The notes under the pieces are model-generated. The model was given only the letters and a program-made list of their open reading frames with translations. It searched no databases and was not told the DNA's origin. The translations under genes were made by a program, and so were the position numbers. 64,000 nt of DNA from an uncultured virus (IMG/VR IMGVR_UViG_3300029908_000008) (lineage: Duplodnaviria > Heunggongvirae > Uroviricota > Caudoviricetes), in IMG/VR virus record IMGVR_UViG_3300029908_000008; one strand, written 5' to 3'. Shown piece after piece: positions 51,501 through 60,243 of this stretch; position 1 is the first letter of the stretch, and every line of letters starts with the position of its first letter.

Positions 51501-53528
51501 ACTTATGTATTTGTAGATAATGCTTATGCGAATTTAGCAGATTATTCATTAAATACTTATTTCACCTACACAGGAACATCCATTACTAATAAAAAAGTTA
51601 GTGATGTTCAAATTTTTACATCTACAGGGTCATTTAATGTACCGACAATATCTGCTTTAAACAGTGGATCAAAATATTTTGGGAACAACTTGGCTTCATG
51701 GCTTGCTTCATCTCAGTCTAAAATCATTGTAATATTAACAGATAATATTGACAATGATTCTGTAGAGAGCATTAGTAACTTTATTTCTCTTGTAGACAAT
51801 ACTAACACCTTAGTTGTTCTATGTAGTTTAAGTATAGAATCTGGCAATATCTATACAGCATTATCAGAAAATATTATCAGCATTGGACGACTTAATTCCG
51901 AAACAATTTCAGCATATATCACTAGAGTTAATTTATTCATTAACAACCTTACTCATAAAACCTTTGGCGGAGTTTTTGATTTAATATTAGACAATTCTGT
52001 GACATCTATAAGTTTAAATTTTACGAGCCTTAATGTTTTTGGTATCATGAGGGATCTGGATTCTGGGAATATTATTGAAAATGTAACGTTTGCCAGCGGT
52101 GTTCCTATCAACACTACTAATACAAATCAACAAAAACGAATTACGATATTTTTTCAAGGAACAGGCACTATTACAGGTATTTATGAGACATATTCATACG
52201 CACCATCATTTCTTTATTCAAGGACTTTAATATCAGGAAGTAGTTATAATAATGAATTAGTTTTTGGCAACCTTACAAAAGGTTTAGGAAATTCTAAGGC
52301 TAATTTTTATCCTGTATCTGGCAGTAACAGTATTCATCAATTATCAAGCGGGTGGTCTACAAGCCCTCATGGTACCCCATTCTGGACTAAAGAGGGGTCA
52401 GATGTGTTAAATGTTAATCCCTTCACAATTTCTGGCTCTGCTACTTTAATACCATCAAATATATCTGGCTATAATAAGTATTATGTTGAGGGTCCATCTT
52501 CTTTTACTAGACTACCGATTAATTCTCAAACTTTATTATCCACAGGTACTTCTTGGTATGATTGGTATAATAACTTCGTTTATTCTTTGACTACAGGTTC
52601 AAATCTTACTATTAATTCAACAATAAATAGTTTACTAGCATACAGATATCCCTATAATGAATATAACTCTGCACAAAATTCTATTGTTCCATATGACAAT
52701 TTGATTTCATATTTAAGAAACAATCGATCATTGATATTTGACGGTACTAGACAATTTAAACTATTTCAAAATATTGAAACATATAATAATTATAGTTATT
52801 CAAATAAAATAAATTTATATTTAAGTGGTAATATACCAAACAATAGTGTAGAGAACAAATTTATTCGTTATTCATATAATCAAGTAAATGTTACTTACCA
52901 TCCAACATTACCATTATTACAATCCATAGTTCCTAATTTTACTAAATATCAAGATTCAAATGTTACAATTTTTGGATATAACGTACAATTGCCTAATAAT
53001 CCAGGTAGAAAGCCAATTACTATAAATAATAGCCTATGGACAGTCAGTGGATCTCAAATTAATACATATGCTTTGTACACTGGTTCAAATAATATTTTAA
53101 ATAATCTAAGTATTAATTTAAATAATACTGCTGGAGAATCCACCGGAAGTATATTATCTACTTTTGTCACAGATACTAACTTTACACCGATTATCATTAG
53201 TATCACTACATTAATTAATGGTAATTCAGCAAATACCGCAGGACTTAATGATATTGCTACACTAAGTGTGCTAATTGACAGAAAAGACGGAACGTCCAAT
53301 TCACAATATATTTATCAAAATAATACCGGTGACCAAATAGTATTGTTAAACAACTGGTATGGTGTTATTTCTGGATCTGTACCTACATTGATATATAGTG
53401 GTAATAATTTACAAATGTCAAGTGCTTTTATTGGCCTTTATGATTACGTTTTTGCAAAAGTACAAGTTACACGGGCCCTTACAATCGGCACAATTATGGA
53501 TTCGGCTCCAATATTTTTAAACAACTAG
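45555..53528 (+). CDS. Giant tail fibre/receptor-binding protein with beta-propeller repeats and a split VWA-like domain
   Basis: Two G...L...Q...QNG.Y fibre modules; IGTDKGLY/IGTDQGLY/LATENGI/IATSEGLY repeats; FIIDDSNSF and IVILTD. Confidence 0.72.
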   Translation: MPYITSHYQLSALKSGDTWFPDVDQRNMQIIENLLQSAEYFVQNGILQLNTCTVLSSATGSIKQNLYNAAFDYYNDIFFNAENYDLHFIANEDIVVDLVSKTNINLSNIFQQKINGANIIPGYKIFLTSQSISSQNGVYQISLSGASLLPTQPRKVFVNNNDPIYQYSIFLFNSATYSCINSYDCLIAVDGLITIQNSRAVTSQSTAYLRPTLGSGILTIYSPENFYGSGTPILYFTNLANDPAVTLATFSTSGSSFANYNYVFNLSLTNSGSYLTNFNSQTYNQQPSYKPLHLHSNNNLELSNFIKLILLPVSEFSNSCNVYDIYGNTYNYSSTTQKIEAVYVNEQKISTSLLNYNSSTRTFNFLFPVGYNDVVYCIASKSAIQTLSPLTSLNNNNEYYTLQNSGNVTPYTWEDTTYDNYNLYINGSNISQQSFNVNYNTGLVTINQPNISNLPSDPNVFSGSTLELSLTTNDPSSFFGKTDKINSINPNKISGNINNYRAKHNQFDTQTSTIGYNLCPFRAIGNNVYQVPYYNGDSFNNVQPISPIKDACSSNNFTIVNIDGFLFVVLNQQLKSILSEYSDKNYSATIIKTIQNTENSFIILFTNYSTSNQYAISIVNLDTDTYTTNQFIFGSQINDVSAYFDGTNINIFIASNTGTYTANFNNLTPVFNKLYYNYSYSGSNLYSYNNHQVQNIIISEMSNNSGPISYEGYILINNYPNSGSQVVSTINSQVIIYTGSNLNIFATGITNGVSDRGIIVGDNNNMYITSSPVVYSGSVLFPYTYGTNIQISNNNISCYTSTISSISSFSGASISALDAQNISAGQYILVRQQPYSNQNGIYLINSSTGSYFTATQQILSNASVGNYVLVHSGSKHSNSYWEISPLSTPLTNNLMFRLRSTNLGSGLGSSTKLFTDLNNSVYLSSSGSILNIYDSSNIAYDIYKHQFTNINTNNQILSASSTDNLIISNKAILSENFSGSNQGCYSFVDYTYPLSQGGTIYIKNANVSWLLNQLINLNFNGNNIQACVNNISGSTYTAVVTNAPTISLGQSQISSYNLTFGTLIQNNYFQQNWYNGIFGINSGSYLTALNSSQYSGSLLTDSITIIDSNYFGAAIYGKINVNQNLQIDSVNNYDQNSNTSIESYNNCTVSEFNQVLDSEYNTDHNTAYKTLFPDTPILIDNNNSALNDNISTYTGVISTLTGSQFITISDNSINPSTNPTDTIVYESRTKKSHSIENKIFGNNQFSAQTFSNDVILNNNFLSAITNYNNAIPNAIYEDIVIDSAMPSTYEPLLSDFNTGISNFAYDSWLGISDESVHTIFSLNGYTYAVIQGKIIKTGTPSTVISKINFNFCYFAITNSNYVLIGTDKGLYVYDTNFNLLFKTLLDHKVKSAKFISSYQVLIGVENNLCYINFNNYSSDYLLLPVNSINAINVINNNVENVYLIGTDQGLYGVTLNAGSSSQTLITGNGLIGSKALTITNDFTITLPTANQNNVLGIYNSLSNNLPSENLVDSIGQPNIYDIAVVNSSVYLATENGISLYESLYSVDMQNSSNNIQNFELTSKPFTGFEVNKMINFYDSTSKINAYFVSTFDGVYYSFDNLNTFIKSSLNMPAFSVLATGSSWNIATSEGLYQTFNYGATFTGTVVARGSLLNNNQNLDMVIQMNNDYQLNSINLPVYATSGSYLLNLNLSSTNYLTGEPLSVLATASFSTGSLMNGYYTLPFVLNTPLSLKKYLTYNITINAVSSNNIYVADQNFSTLAFSVLSCKSTGSISNIAPAIKLCQNSINANVYINQPVLPYQLINTSNILIDNNDNIYSYPSAEINFIIDDSNSFINSFGGISNINNFITTLQTQFTSKIGSYCFFNTIFTDDYLTNFSNTSTGSAPLASTGSQLSRITDALCLVLERNNATPYATSTISSGSFVSYINGALSHNAAPYVFKNILNSARYYPNLQIQYNYNTPLINNTSYNITQNGFTGAISGSTYVFVDNAYANLADYSLNTYFTYTGTSITNKKVSDVQIFTSTGSFNVPTISALNSGSKYFGNNLASWLASSQSKIIVILTDNIDNDSVESISNFISLVDNTNTLVVLCSLSIESGNIYTALSENIISIGRLNSETISAYITRVNLFINNLTHKTFGGVFDLILDNSVTSISLNFTSLNVFGIMRDLDSGNIIENVTFASGVPINTTNTNQQKRITIFFQGTGTITGIYETYSYAPSFLYSRTLISGSSYNNELVFGNLTKGLGNSKANFYPVSGSNSIHQLSSGWSTSPHGTPFWTKEGSDVLNVNPFTISGSATLIPSNISGYNKYYVEGPSSFTRLPINSQTLLSTGTSWYDWYNNFVYSLTTGSNLTINSTINSLLAYRYPYNEYNSAQNSIVPYDNLISYLRNNRSLIFDGTRQFKLFQNIETYNNYSYSNKINLYLSGNIPNNSVENKFIRYSYNQVNVTYHPTLPLLQSIVPNFTKYQDSNVTIFGYNVQLPNNPGRKPITINNSLWTVSGSQINTYALYTGSNNILNNLSINLNNTAGESTGSILSTFVTDTNFTPIIISITTLINGNSANTAGLNDIATLSVLIDRKDGTSNSQYIYQNNTGDQIVLLNNWYGVISGSVPTLIYSGNNLQMSSAFIGLYDYVFAKVQVTRALTIGTIMDSAPIFLNN

Positions 53529-53560
53529 GTTTTTGACTAGCCAATATAGAAAATAATCTT

Positions 53561-54976
53561 ATGATAGACCCAATGGAAGAATTACACAGATTTATTTCTG
53601 AAGACGATTTATCAGATGATAATGTTGTTTTTGAATTAAGTACTCCATCAACCAATTGGGGCCAATTGGCAATTGATCTACCTGATGCATGGCAACATAC
53701 AAAAGGTGAAGGGATTATGGTTGCCGTTATTGATACTGGGGGGCCAAACCATATTGATATTAATGATAATATTTTTCAAAGATTAGATGTTACAGGAGAT
53801 GGTCCAGAAGATAAAGCGGGTCACGGCTGTATTATTGGTGAAGATCTTATCTGGACATCAAATAACGGATATATAACTATTGAAGATTTTTATAAACAAA
53901 CTGATTATGAACAATTACTTATAGATATTGGTAAAAACTCAGAAATTAAATCTGTAAACAATCAATCCATATTTACTATTGGTTATATTGATGAAAAATT
54001 TAATAAATGTAAAATACAAGCAATACATAAATTGGTTTATAAAGGAGACATTTATAAAATTTCTACAGAAAACAGTCATGTAACGTTAACCCCATGGCAC
54101 CCAGTATATAAAAAATCAGATGGCGTTATAAAAGTGTCTGCGGATACGTTAGAAATTGGAGATTTTATTATATGTGAAGAGAATGAAGAGATATTGTTTA
54201 ATAAAATTATATCTATTGAAAAATCACATTATGATGGTGTGTTATATGACCTTACAGTAGACAGTTCAACAAACTATTTAAGTAACAATATTTTAGTTAG
54301 CAACACTCATGTAAGCGGTATTATAGCCGCCTTAGAAAATAACATAGGTATCACAGGAATAGCACCGAAATGTAAACTTATCACGATTAAAATTCTAGAT
54401 AATCGTGGGATTGGAAGTTTCTCCAATATGGCTAAAGGACTAGAACTATGTAAAGGATTGAATGTTGACATTATTAATATGTCACTAGGCACACCAACAG
54501 AGCCTCCAATAGAAATACATAATATAATCAAACAACTTACTGATAAAGGAATTATAATTATTGCCGCAGGAGGAAATAATCCAAACGAACCTGTAAATTA
54601 TCCTGCCGCATATAACGAAGTGATTGCCGTTGCACCAATAGATGAAAACAAAAATGTAGCCGGTTTTGCCAGTGTCGGTCCTAAAATTGCTTTAGCCGCG
54701 CCAGGAGTAGACATCTATTCATTATATTTAAATAACGGCTACAAAACTATGTCAGGCTCAAGTCAAGCCGCCCCATTTTTTTCTGGGATTTGTGCTTTAA
54801 TTTTAGCATATGATAGAAAAAGTAAAAATTTATCAATTAAATCATATCAAGATATTTTAAAAATTCTAGATACTTTATGTGATGAAAAAACCTCAGATCA
54901 TTTATCTGGCAGATTAAAAGGTTGTAATTTTGGAATTCCAAATTTTTCAAATTATATGCCCTGGAAAAATATATAA
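53561..54976 (+). CDS. Subtilisin-like (S8) serine protease, intein-interrupted
   Basis: VAVIDTG, GHG|THVSGII, INMSLG, AAGGN, SGSSQAAP; TAGG(53526) promoter motif. Confidence 0.92.
   Translation: MIDPMEELHRFISEDDLSDDNVVFELSTPSTNWGQLAIDLPDAWQHTKGEGIMVAVIDTGGPNHIDINDNIFQRLDVTGDGPEDKAGHGCIIGEDLIWTSNNGYITIEDFYKQTDYEQLLIDIGKNSEIKSVNNQSIFTIGYIDEKFNKCKIQAIHKLVYKGDIYKISTENSHVTLTPWHPVYKKSDGVIKVSADTLEIGDFIICEENEEILFNKIISIEKSHYDGVLYDLTVDSSTNYLSNNILVSNTHVSGIIAALENNIGITGIAPKCKLITIKILDNRGIGSFSNMAKGLELCKGLNVDIINMSLGTPTEPPIEIHNIIKQLTDKGIIIIAAGGNNPNEPVNYPAAYNEVIAVAPIDENKNVAGFASVGPKIALAAPGVDIYSLYLNNGYKTMSGSSQAAPFFSGICALILAYDRKSKNLSIKSYQDILKILDTLCDEKTSDHLSGRLKGCNFGIPNFSNYMPWKNI
53828..54304 (+). mobile_element. 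159-aa mini-intein without endonuclease
   Basis: CIIGED...TLTPWHPVY...LYDLTV....NYLSNNILVSN|T. Confidence 0.88.
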
Positions 54977-54980
54977 AAAT

Positions 54981-55673
54981 ATGCATGAAATTAATACAGA
55001 CTATATCAGTAAATTAATTAGGGAAGCCCAAGGACTTCAAAATGACCCTATTAAAATAGCAATAGAAAAAGCCCTACAGGCAAACTGTACTATTTCTGTG
55101 AAATTTGATTCAAAGACCTGGTCAGGAAGTGGCTTCCATATAGGTAATGGATATGTCGCCACTGTTGCTCATGTTGCTCCAAAAGATTTAATTGGCAAAC
55201 ATTATGATTTACTACTTACTTTTGACGGTACAACTAATTATAAAGCAAAAATAATTACAAGCCATGCTGATTCTGACACAGCACTTTTATTTTGTAACGA
55301 TGCTAAAAAGATTCCTGCTGTAGAGATGGGCGATTCTAATAAAATTAATAAAGGGGATATCATCGCCGTAATTGCGAGTCCTGAAGGCTGGCATGATACA
55401 ACAACCGTGGGTAGGGTATCAAATTTACACCAAGATATGGGTCCTGATGCCCCTGACCACTCGTGGCACGACATGATGTTTATTGACGCGGATACTTTAC
55501 AAGGCGCATCCGGCGGAATGGTAATTGCTACGGATGGTAAAGTCTATGGAATGGTGCAAGGCGTTGTAGGTGAGAATGCTGATGTAAGTGTAGGAGAAAA
55601 CGTAGTTTGCCCTATAAATAAATTAAAAGAATTATTAAAAATGTTTGAACCAAAACAAGATGAACCCGTATGA
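54981..55673 (+). CDS. Trypsin-like (S1/HtrA-type, no PDZ) serine protease
   Basis: GSGF, TVAHV, DTALL, QGASGG; start reassigned to ATG 54981 (MHEINTDYISKLIREAQ). Confidence 0.88.
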   Translation: MHEINTDYISKLIREAQGLQNDPIKIAIEKALQANCTISVKFDSKTWSGSGFHIGNGYVATVAHVAPKDLIGKHYDLLLTFDGTTNYKAKIITSHADSDTALLFCNDAKKIPAVEMGDSNKINKGDIIAVIASPEGWHDTTTVGRVSNLHQDMGPDAPDHSWHDMMFIDADTLQGASGGMVIATDGKVYGMVQGVVGENADVSVGENVVCPINKLKELLKMFEPKQDEPV

Positions 55674-56100
55674 AGTATTAAATATAAAGGAATCTGCATC
55701 TCCTAAGGAAATTAAACAGGCTTACAGAGATCTTATTAAACAGCATCATCCTGATTTAAACCCAGGATCGCTAATTGAATCTCAAATTCGAACTCAAAAA
55801 ATTATTGAAGCCTATACAATGATTATTGGAGAAGAAAATATTTCTTCGGCAGAACCAAATCCATCTACATCAATTGATTATTTTAGTGACAAATTTATGT
55901 GTGACAAATGTGGAGGATGTGGTCATGAACAAAAGATTATTTGCGGCGATTGTTTTGGTTTTGGATTAATGCAAGTATTAATTAAGAAGAAGATGCAGAA
56001 TAAAAATTGTAGTAAATGTAAAGGTAAAGGCTATGAAGAACCTATTATTTGTGATAAATGTAATGGATTCGGTGTAATTCAAGGTGAAGTACTACCATAA
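55660..56100 (+). CDS. DnaJ-like protein (J domain plus CxxCxGxG zinc finger)
   Basis: NPYEVL...HHPDLN; four CxxCxGxG repeats. Confidence 0.9.
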   Translation: MNPYEVLNIKESASPKEIKQAYRDLIKQHHPDLNPGSLIESQIRTQKIIEAYTMIIGEENISSAEPNPSTSIDYFSDKFMCDKCGGCGHEQKIICGDCFGFGLMQVLIKKKMQNKNCSKCKGKGYEEPIICDKCNGFGVIQGEVLP

Positions 56101-56118
56101 CTTTAAAATATTATTATT

Positions 56119-56304
56119 ATGATGATACGCAGAGGTTCAGGAAAAATTGATTCTTATACACAATCTACAGGTAAAGTTTTTGATGTCAGATTAGGCAAAA
56201 ATAGTAAGAAAGTAGTTAGTGCAGAATTAGAAGAAGAAGTTATTGATATTAAATCTAGATTACCTAAATTAGATATTGAAGATGAAACAAACAAAACACA
56301 ATAA
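56119..56304 (+). CDS. Small hypothetical protein
   Basis: 61-aa ORF filling the gap. Confidence 0.55.
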   Translation: MMIRRGSGKIDSYTQSTGKVFDVRLGKNSKKVVSAELEEEVIDIKSRLPKLDIEDETNKTQ

Positions 56305-56315
56305 AAGTATTTTTA

Positions 56316-57923
56316 TTGTTGATTAAATTAATTGCTGATAATAGCACTACAAAAGTAGTCTATAATACATCAAATAGAGAAGAAATTAAGTCCTTTAATA
56401 AAATAATTAGAGGACTTATATCATACATTCCACCGTCTGTGGAGTGGAGTGACAAATATAAAACTGGCGCTTGGGACGGCAAAATTTCTCTTTATGATGC
56501 AAGAAACCAAGAATTTCCTTCTGGCCTAACAGACTATGTGATGGAACAATTACTCAATAATGATATTGAGTGTGATTGGGAAGATAAAAGAAACTTACCC
56601 TGGGAAAACGCCAATTATACCGCAGATTATGGCAATAGAATACTTAGAGACTATCAAATAGAATCTGCCGAGAAAGTTAAAAAATATAGTCGGGGAATTG
56701 TTTATCTGGCAACAGGAGCAGGAAAGACTGCCGCTATGTGTAACATACTCACACATGTGAAATGTAAGCCAGTAACAATAATTGTTCCTAGTATTTCTCT
56801 ACTTAAACAAACAGCCACTGAACTTGAAAATACAATGCGAGAATCAGGGGAAAAAATTACTGTAGGTAGGATTGGGGGAGGATCTAAAGATCCTAGATTG
56901 AACTCTGTTAATGTAGTAACGTATCAATCCGCGCTTGCCGCGTATAATACCTCATGGTTAGTTTCTAAAAAGAAACTAGTGGAAAACGAATTAGCAGAAG
57001 ACAATATTAAAAAATCTATTCCAGAACTTGAAGCAGAATTAATAATTGCTAGAAAATCAAAAAAGTTAAAAACTGTAAAGAAAATTGAAGATCAAATTAT
57101 TCAAAAAAGAGAGATTTTAAAATATAAACATGATACACAACAATTATTAGAAACAAGTCAGGTTTTAATTGTTGATGAATGTCATCTCGCCGCAGAAATT
57201 ATAGAATTTATTAGTAAGAAGGCAAAAAATGCTTATTATAAGGTAGGATTATCTGGCACCCCATGGCGAGAATCTAATGACGAAATTAGAATCGAGGGCG
57301 CATTAGGAAGAATTCTGATTAAAATTAAAAGTAGTGAGTTAATTAAGAGAAAAATATTGTGTAAACCTACAATATTAATGTATCGTAATACTTCTGATTT
57401 TTATTCTAAAAGTTATCAAGAATCCTACACTAATAATATTGTTAATTCAGATTATCGTAATCAACTTATTTCAAAACTTGCATCTGAAACATTTAACAAT
57501 AATATTCCAACAGTTATTTTAGTAGAACGAATCGAACATGGTAAAATTTTAGAAAGTATGATCGAGGGTGCTTTATTTGTGCCTGGTGCTGATAAGGGTG
57601 AAGATGATCCAGATGATAATGAAAAAGATTATAGAAAGCGCACATTAAACAAATTGGCAAATAATGAATTAATATTAATTGCCACACAATGGATTTATAC
57701 TGGTGTGGATTGTCCACCTATTCAACATCTAATACTGGCAGGGTCTTCATCTTCAAGTATTACTACTTATCAACAAGTCGGAAGAGCATTAAGATTACAT
57801 CCTGGTAAAGACTTTTGTATTATTAGTGATTTTTATGACACAAATAAATATTTAAAATCACATTCTGCTCAAAGAAAAAAAACGTATAAATTAGAAGAGG
57901 AATTTGAATTTAAAGTAGTATGA
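56316..57923 (+). CDS. Superfamily 2 DEAH/DECH helicase (UvsW/XPB-like)
   Basis: LRDYQ, ATGAGKT, VDECH, GLSGTP, TGVD.P, QQVGRALR. Confidence 0.92.
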   Translation: MLIKLIADNSTTKVVYNTSNREEIKSFNKIIRGLISYIPPSVEWSDKYKTGAWDGKISLYDARNQEFPSGLTDYVMEQLLNNDIECDWEDKRNLPWENANYTADYGNRILRDYQIESAEKVKKYSRGIVYLATGAGKTAAMCNILTHVKCKPVTIIVPSISLLKQTATELENTMRESGEKITVGRIGGGSKDPRLNSVNVVTYQSALAAYNTSWLVSKKKLVENELAEDNIKKSIPELEAELIIARKSKKLKTVKKIEDQIIQKREILKYKHDTQQLLETSQVLIVDECHLAAEIIEFISKKAKNAYYKVGLSGTPWRESNDEIRIEGALGRILIKIKSSELIKRKILCKPTILMYRNTSDFYSKSYQESYTNNIVNSDYRNQLISKLASETFNNNIPTVILVERIEHGKILESMIEGALFVPGADKGEDDPDDNEKDYRKRTLNKLANNELILIATQWIYTGVDCPPIQHLILAGSSSSSITTYQQVGRALRLHPGKDFCIISDFYDTNKYLKSHSAQRKKTYKLEEEFEFKVV

Positions 57924-57961
57924 AAAGGATTTTAATACCAAAATCTTAAAATATAATATAT

Positions 57962-59101
57962 ATGCACTTTAAGATTGCTAAAATTGACTATAATAAATTA
58001 ATAGAAAATCGAGATATCGTTACATCTATAGTATTATTTAGGAAATATGGCAATAGAATACAATTACTTATAGAAAAAAGAGCAATCCCGCCAAAAGTTG
58101 ATTCTTATTGTATTCCTGGGGGTCACGTTGGAAAAAATGAGGATTTTAGAGAAGCATGTGTGAGAGAGTTGAAAGAAGAAACGAATGTAACATTCAATAA
58201 AGATAATCTTGTATATTTAGGCCATTCAGAAAGAGAAAAAAATAAAAATAAATTAGATTATATTTATGCTGGCATTTATAAAGGTAATGTTAAATTAATT
58301 GCATCTGATGATGCCGCGACAGCAGAATGGTGCGACTGTGATGCTCTTCCAATGCTTATTTTCGATCAAATACACTATGTAAGAAAAGCATATCGGCATT
58401 TTTTTGGTGTAGAAATGCCAGAAAAATTAAATCGAGGTGTACTAATTGTATTCGAAGGGTTAGATGGCTCTGGTAAATCGTATCTCACAGAAACATTAAA
58501 TCAATATCTCTCTAATCATAAATTAGATGTTGTAATGAGTAACTGGAATTCTGGCCCAATTACTAGCAAGGCCATTAAGAAATTAAAAAACTCTATTCAA
58601 AAAACTCCTGAATTATATTCATTATTACATGCCGCCGATATGCAAGAAAGATATGACTCAGAGATCCGTCCTGCGCTAGATGAGGGAAAGATTGTTATAT
58701 GCGACAGATATTACTATACTTCATTGGCTAGAGATGCGGCCAGGAATGCTGAATTGCAGAAATTATCTTATTTATATGGAAAATTTAGAAAGCCAGATCT
58801 TATTTTTCATTGCTATGCACCAATCAAAACCTGTATAGAAAGAGCAAGATTTAAAGGGATATCTTATTATTCAGCAGGCATGGATGCTCATAAACATGAA
58901 CATCAAGAAAAAAATCTTTTGCATTATTGTAAGTTGATAAATAAATTTTATCATGAAATTTTACCATCAGAAGACAATTATCATAAAATTAATACTAGTT
59001 TATCAGAAGAAATTTCTCAAGAAAAAGTTTGTAAAATAGCAGATGAGATAATTAATTTTAAAAAATATAAAGAATTAGAGTTAAAATTAAATATTAGATA
59101 A
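57962..59101 (+). CDS. tmk: Nudix hydrolase-thymidylate kinase fusion
   Basis: PGGHV...E...EACVRELKEET Nudix box; FEGLDGSGKS P-loop; ICDRY. Confidence 0.88.
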   Translation: MHFKIAKIDYNKLIENRDIVTSIVLFRKYGNRIQLLIEKRAIPPKVDSYCIPGGHVGKNEDFREACVRELKEETNVTFNKDNLVYLGHSEREKNKNKLDYIYAGIYKGNVKLIASDDAATAEWCDCDALPMLIFDQIHYVRKAYRHFFGVEMPEKLNRGVLIVFEGLDGSGKSYLTETLNQYLSNHKLDVVMSNWNSGPITSKAIKKLKNSIQKTPELYSLLHAADMQERYDSEIRPALDEGKIVICDRYYYTSLARDAARNAELQKLSYLYGKFRKPDLIFHCYAPIKTCIERARFKGISYYSAGMDAHKHEHQEKNLLHYCKLINKFYHEILPSEDNYHKINTSLSEEISQEKVCKIADEIINFKKYKELELKLNIR

Positions 59102-59102
59102 T

Positions 59103-60113
59103 ATGAAAAATATTGCTTTAATCGGTTGGAATGGTAAAAAAAATTTTGGCGACACTTTAATGCAAGAATTATTAAGAGAGAAATTATCTTTGCATGGTCA
59201 TGTAAGAGAATATTCTGATTTATCCACAACAGGTCTAATTAAGGGGGATATTGATAATTCTTTTTTAAATAATGATATTTTAATTTTTGGCGGAGGTAAT
59301 ATAATCTCCCCTGATTTTTGGCCATTTAAATCGCTAAATTTAATAAAAGATCAAAAAGTGTATTTTGTAAATGTTAATGTTAATATAGACGGCGATAATA
59401 TTGAATTAATTAAACAATTACAGAAAATAAATACCAAATGGATTGTGAGAGACTCTAAATCAAAATCAATGCTTTCTCAACATAATATAGAATCAAAAAT
59501 AATCCCTGATATATGCTTGTGTAATAATTATAATAATTTTAACAAAGTTCCAAAACAAGCATTATTTTTTATTAATCAATATTATTTTGGCAAATTATTT
59601 GAAAATGATATTGACAATTTCTCTAAATGTTTATATAATGTAAAGATAATCTCCAAACATATCGACTGGCTTAATAGTTTTGGATGGAAAATAATTTTTG
59701 TGCCAAGTCAAATGTCAGAATATATAGATGATCGAATTCCAGCCAGTTTTATTCATAGGATGTGTAAAAATTATGCTACTAACCAATGGATAACTAAAAT
59801 AACCGCAAATGAAACTGTTGATTTAATTAAAAAATCAGAATTAGTAGTCAGTATGAGGTTACACCCAGCATTAATTTCTATAAGCAATCATATCCCTACA
59901 ATAATGATGTCTTTTGCAGATAAATTCGACAATATATTCGCAGATCTAAATATAGAAAATATTTTAATTAACATGAAGAATTTAAATAATGACGATTTAG
60001 TACAGTTAAATCAAACAGCAGACTATATGAATTATAGAGAAAAATTAGATAATTATTTCACTAAATATAATTTAAATTATGATGATTATTTTAAAGGTGA
60101 GTTTAGTATTTAA
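59103..60113 (+). CDS. Polysaccharide pyruvyltransferase family protein
   Basis: GWNG..NFGD, FGGGN, VRD..S, PD, SMRLH. Confidence 0.85.
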   Translation: MKNIALIGWNGKKNFGDTLMQELLREKLSLHGHVREYSDLSTTGLIKGDIDNSFLNNDILIFGGGNIISPDFWPFKSLNLIKDQKVYFVNVNVNIDGDNIELIKQLQKINTKWIVRDSKSKSMLSQHNIESKIIPDICLCNNYNNFNKVPKQALFFINQYYFGKLFENDIDNFSKCLYNVKIISKHIDWLNSFGWKIIFVPSQMSEYIDDRIPASFIHRMCKNYATNQWITKITANETVDLIKKSELVVSMRLHPALISISNHIPTIMMSFADKFDNIFADLNIENILINMKNLNNDDLVQLNQTADYMNYREKLDNYFTKYNLNYDDYFKGEFSI

Positions 60114-60243
60114 AACTAAACACTAAATATGCCCAAAAATAACTTCCATTGTGGAAACGGTAATAAATATGGAATTTTTGATAAATTTTTTTCATATTTA
60201 ATTATGATTGTTTACAAAACCATTAAATTTTTCAAGTAAAAAT

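Noticed and set aside
54930..54980. Upstream TTG start for the trypsin-like protease
   Set aside because: Overlaps the subtilase C-terminus; ATG 54981 just after the subtilase stop is more plausible
60100..60243. Small ORFs on either strand (36 aa plus at 60129-60239; 30 aa minus) and a GTTTAGT/ACTAAAC hairpin
   Set aside because: Cannot choose between strands; no motif or start signal, and the hairpin is weak with no U-tract
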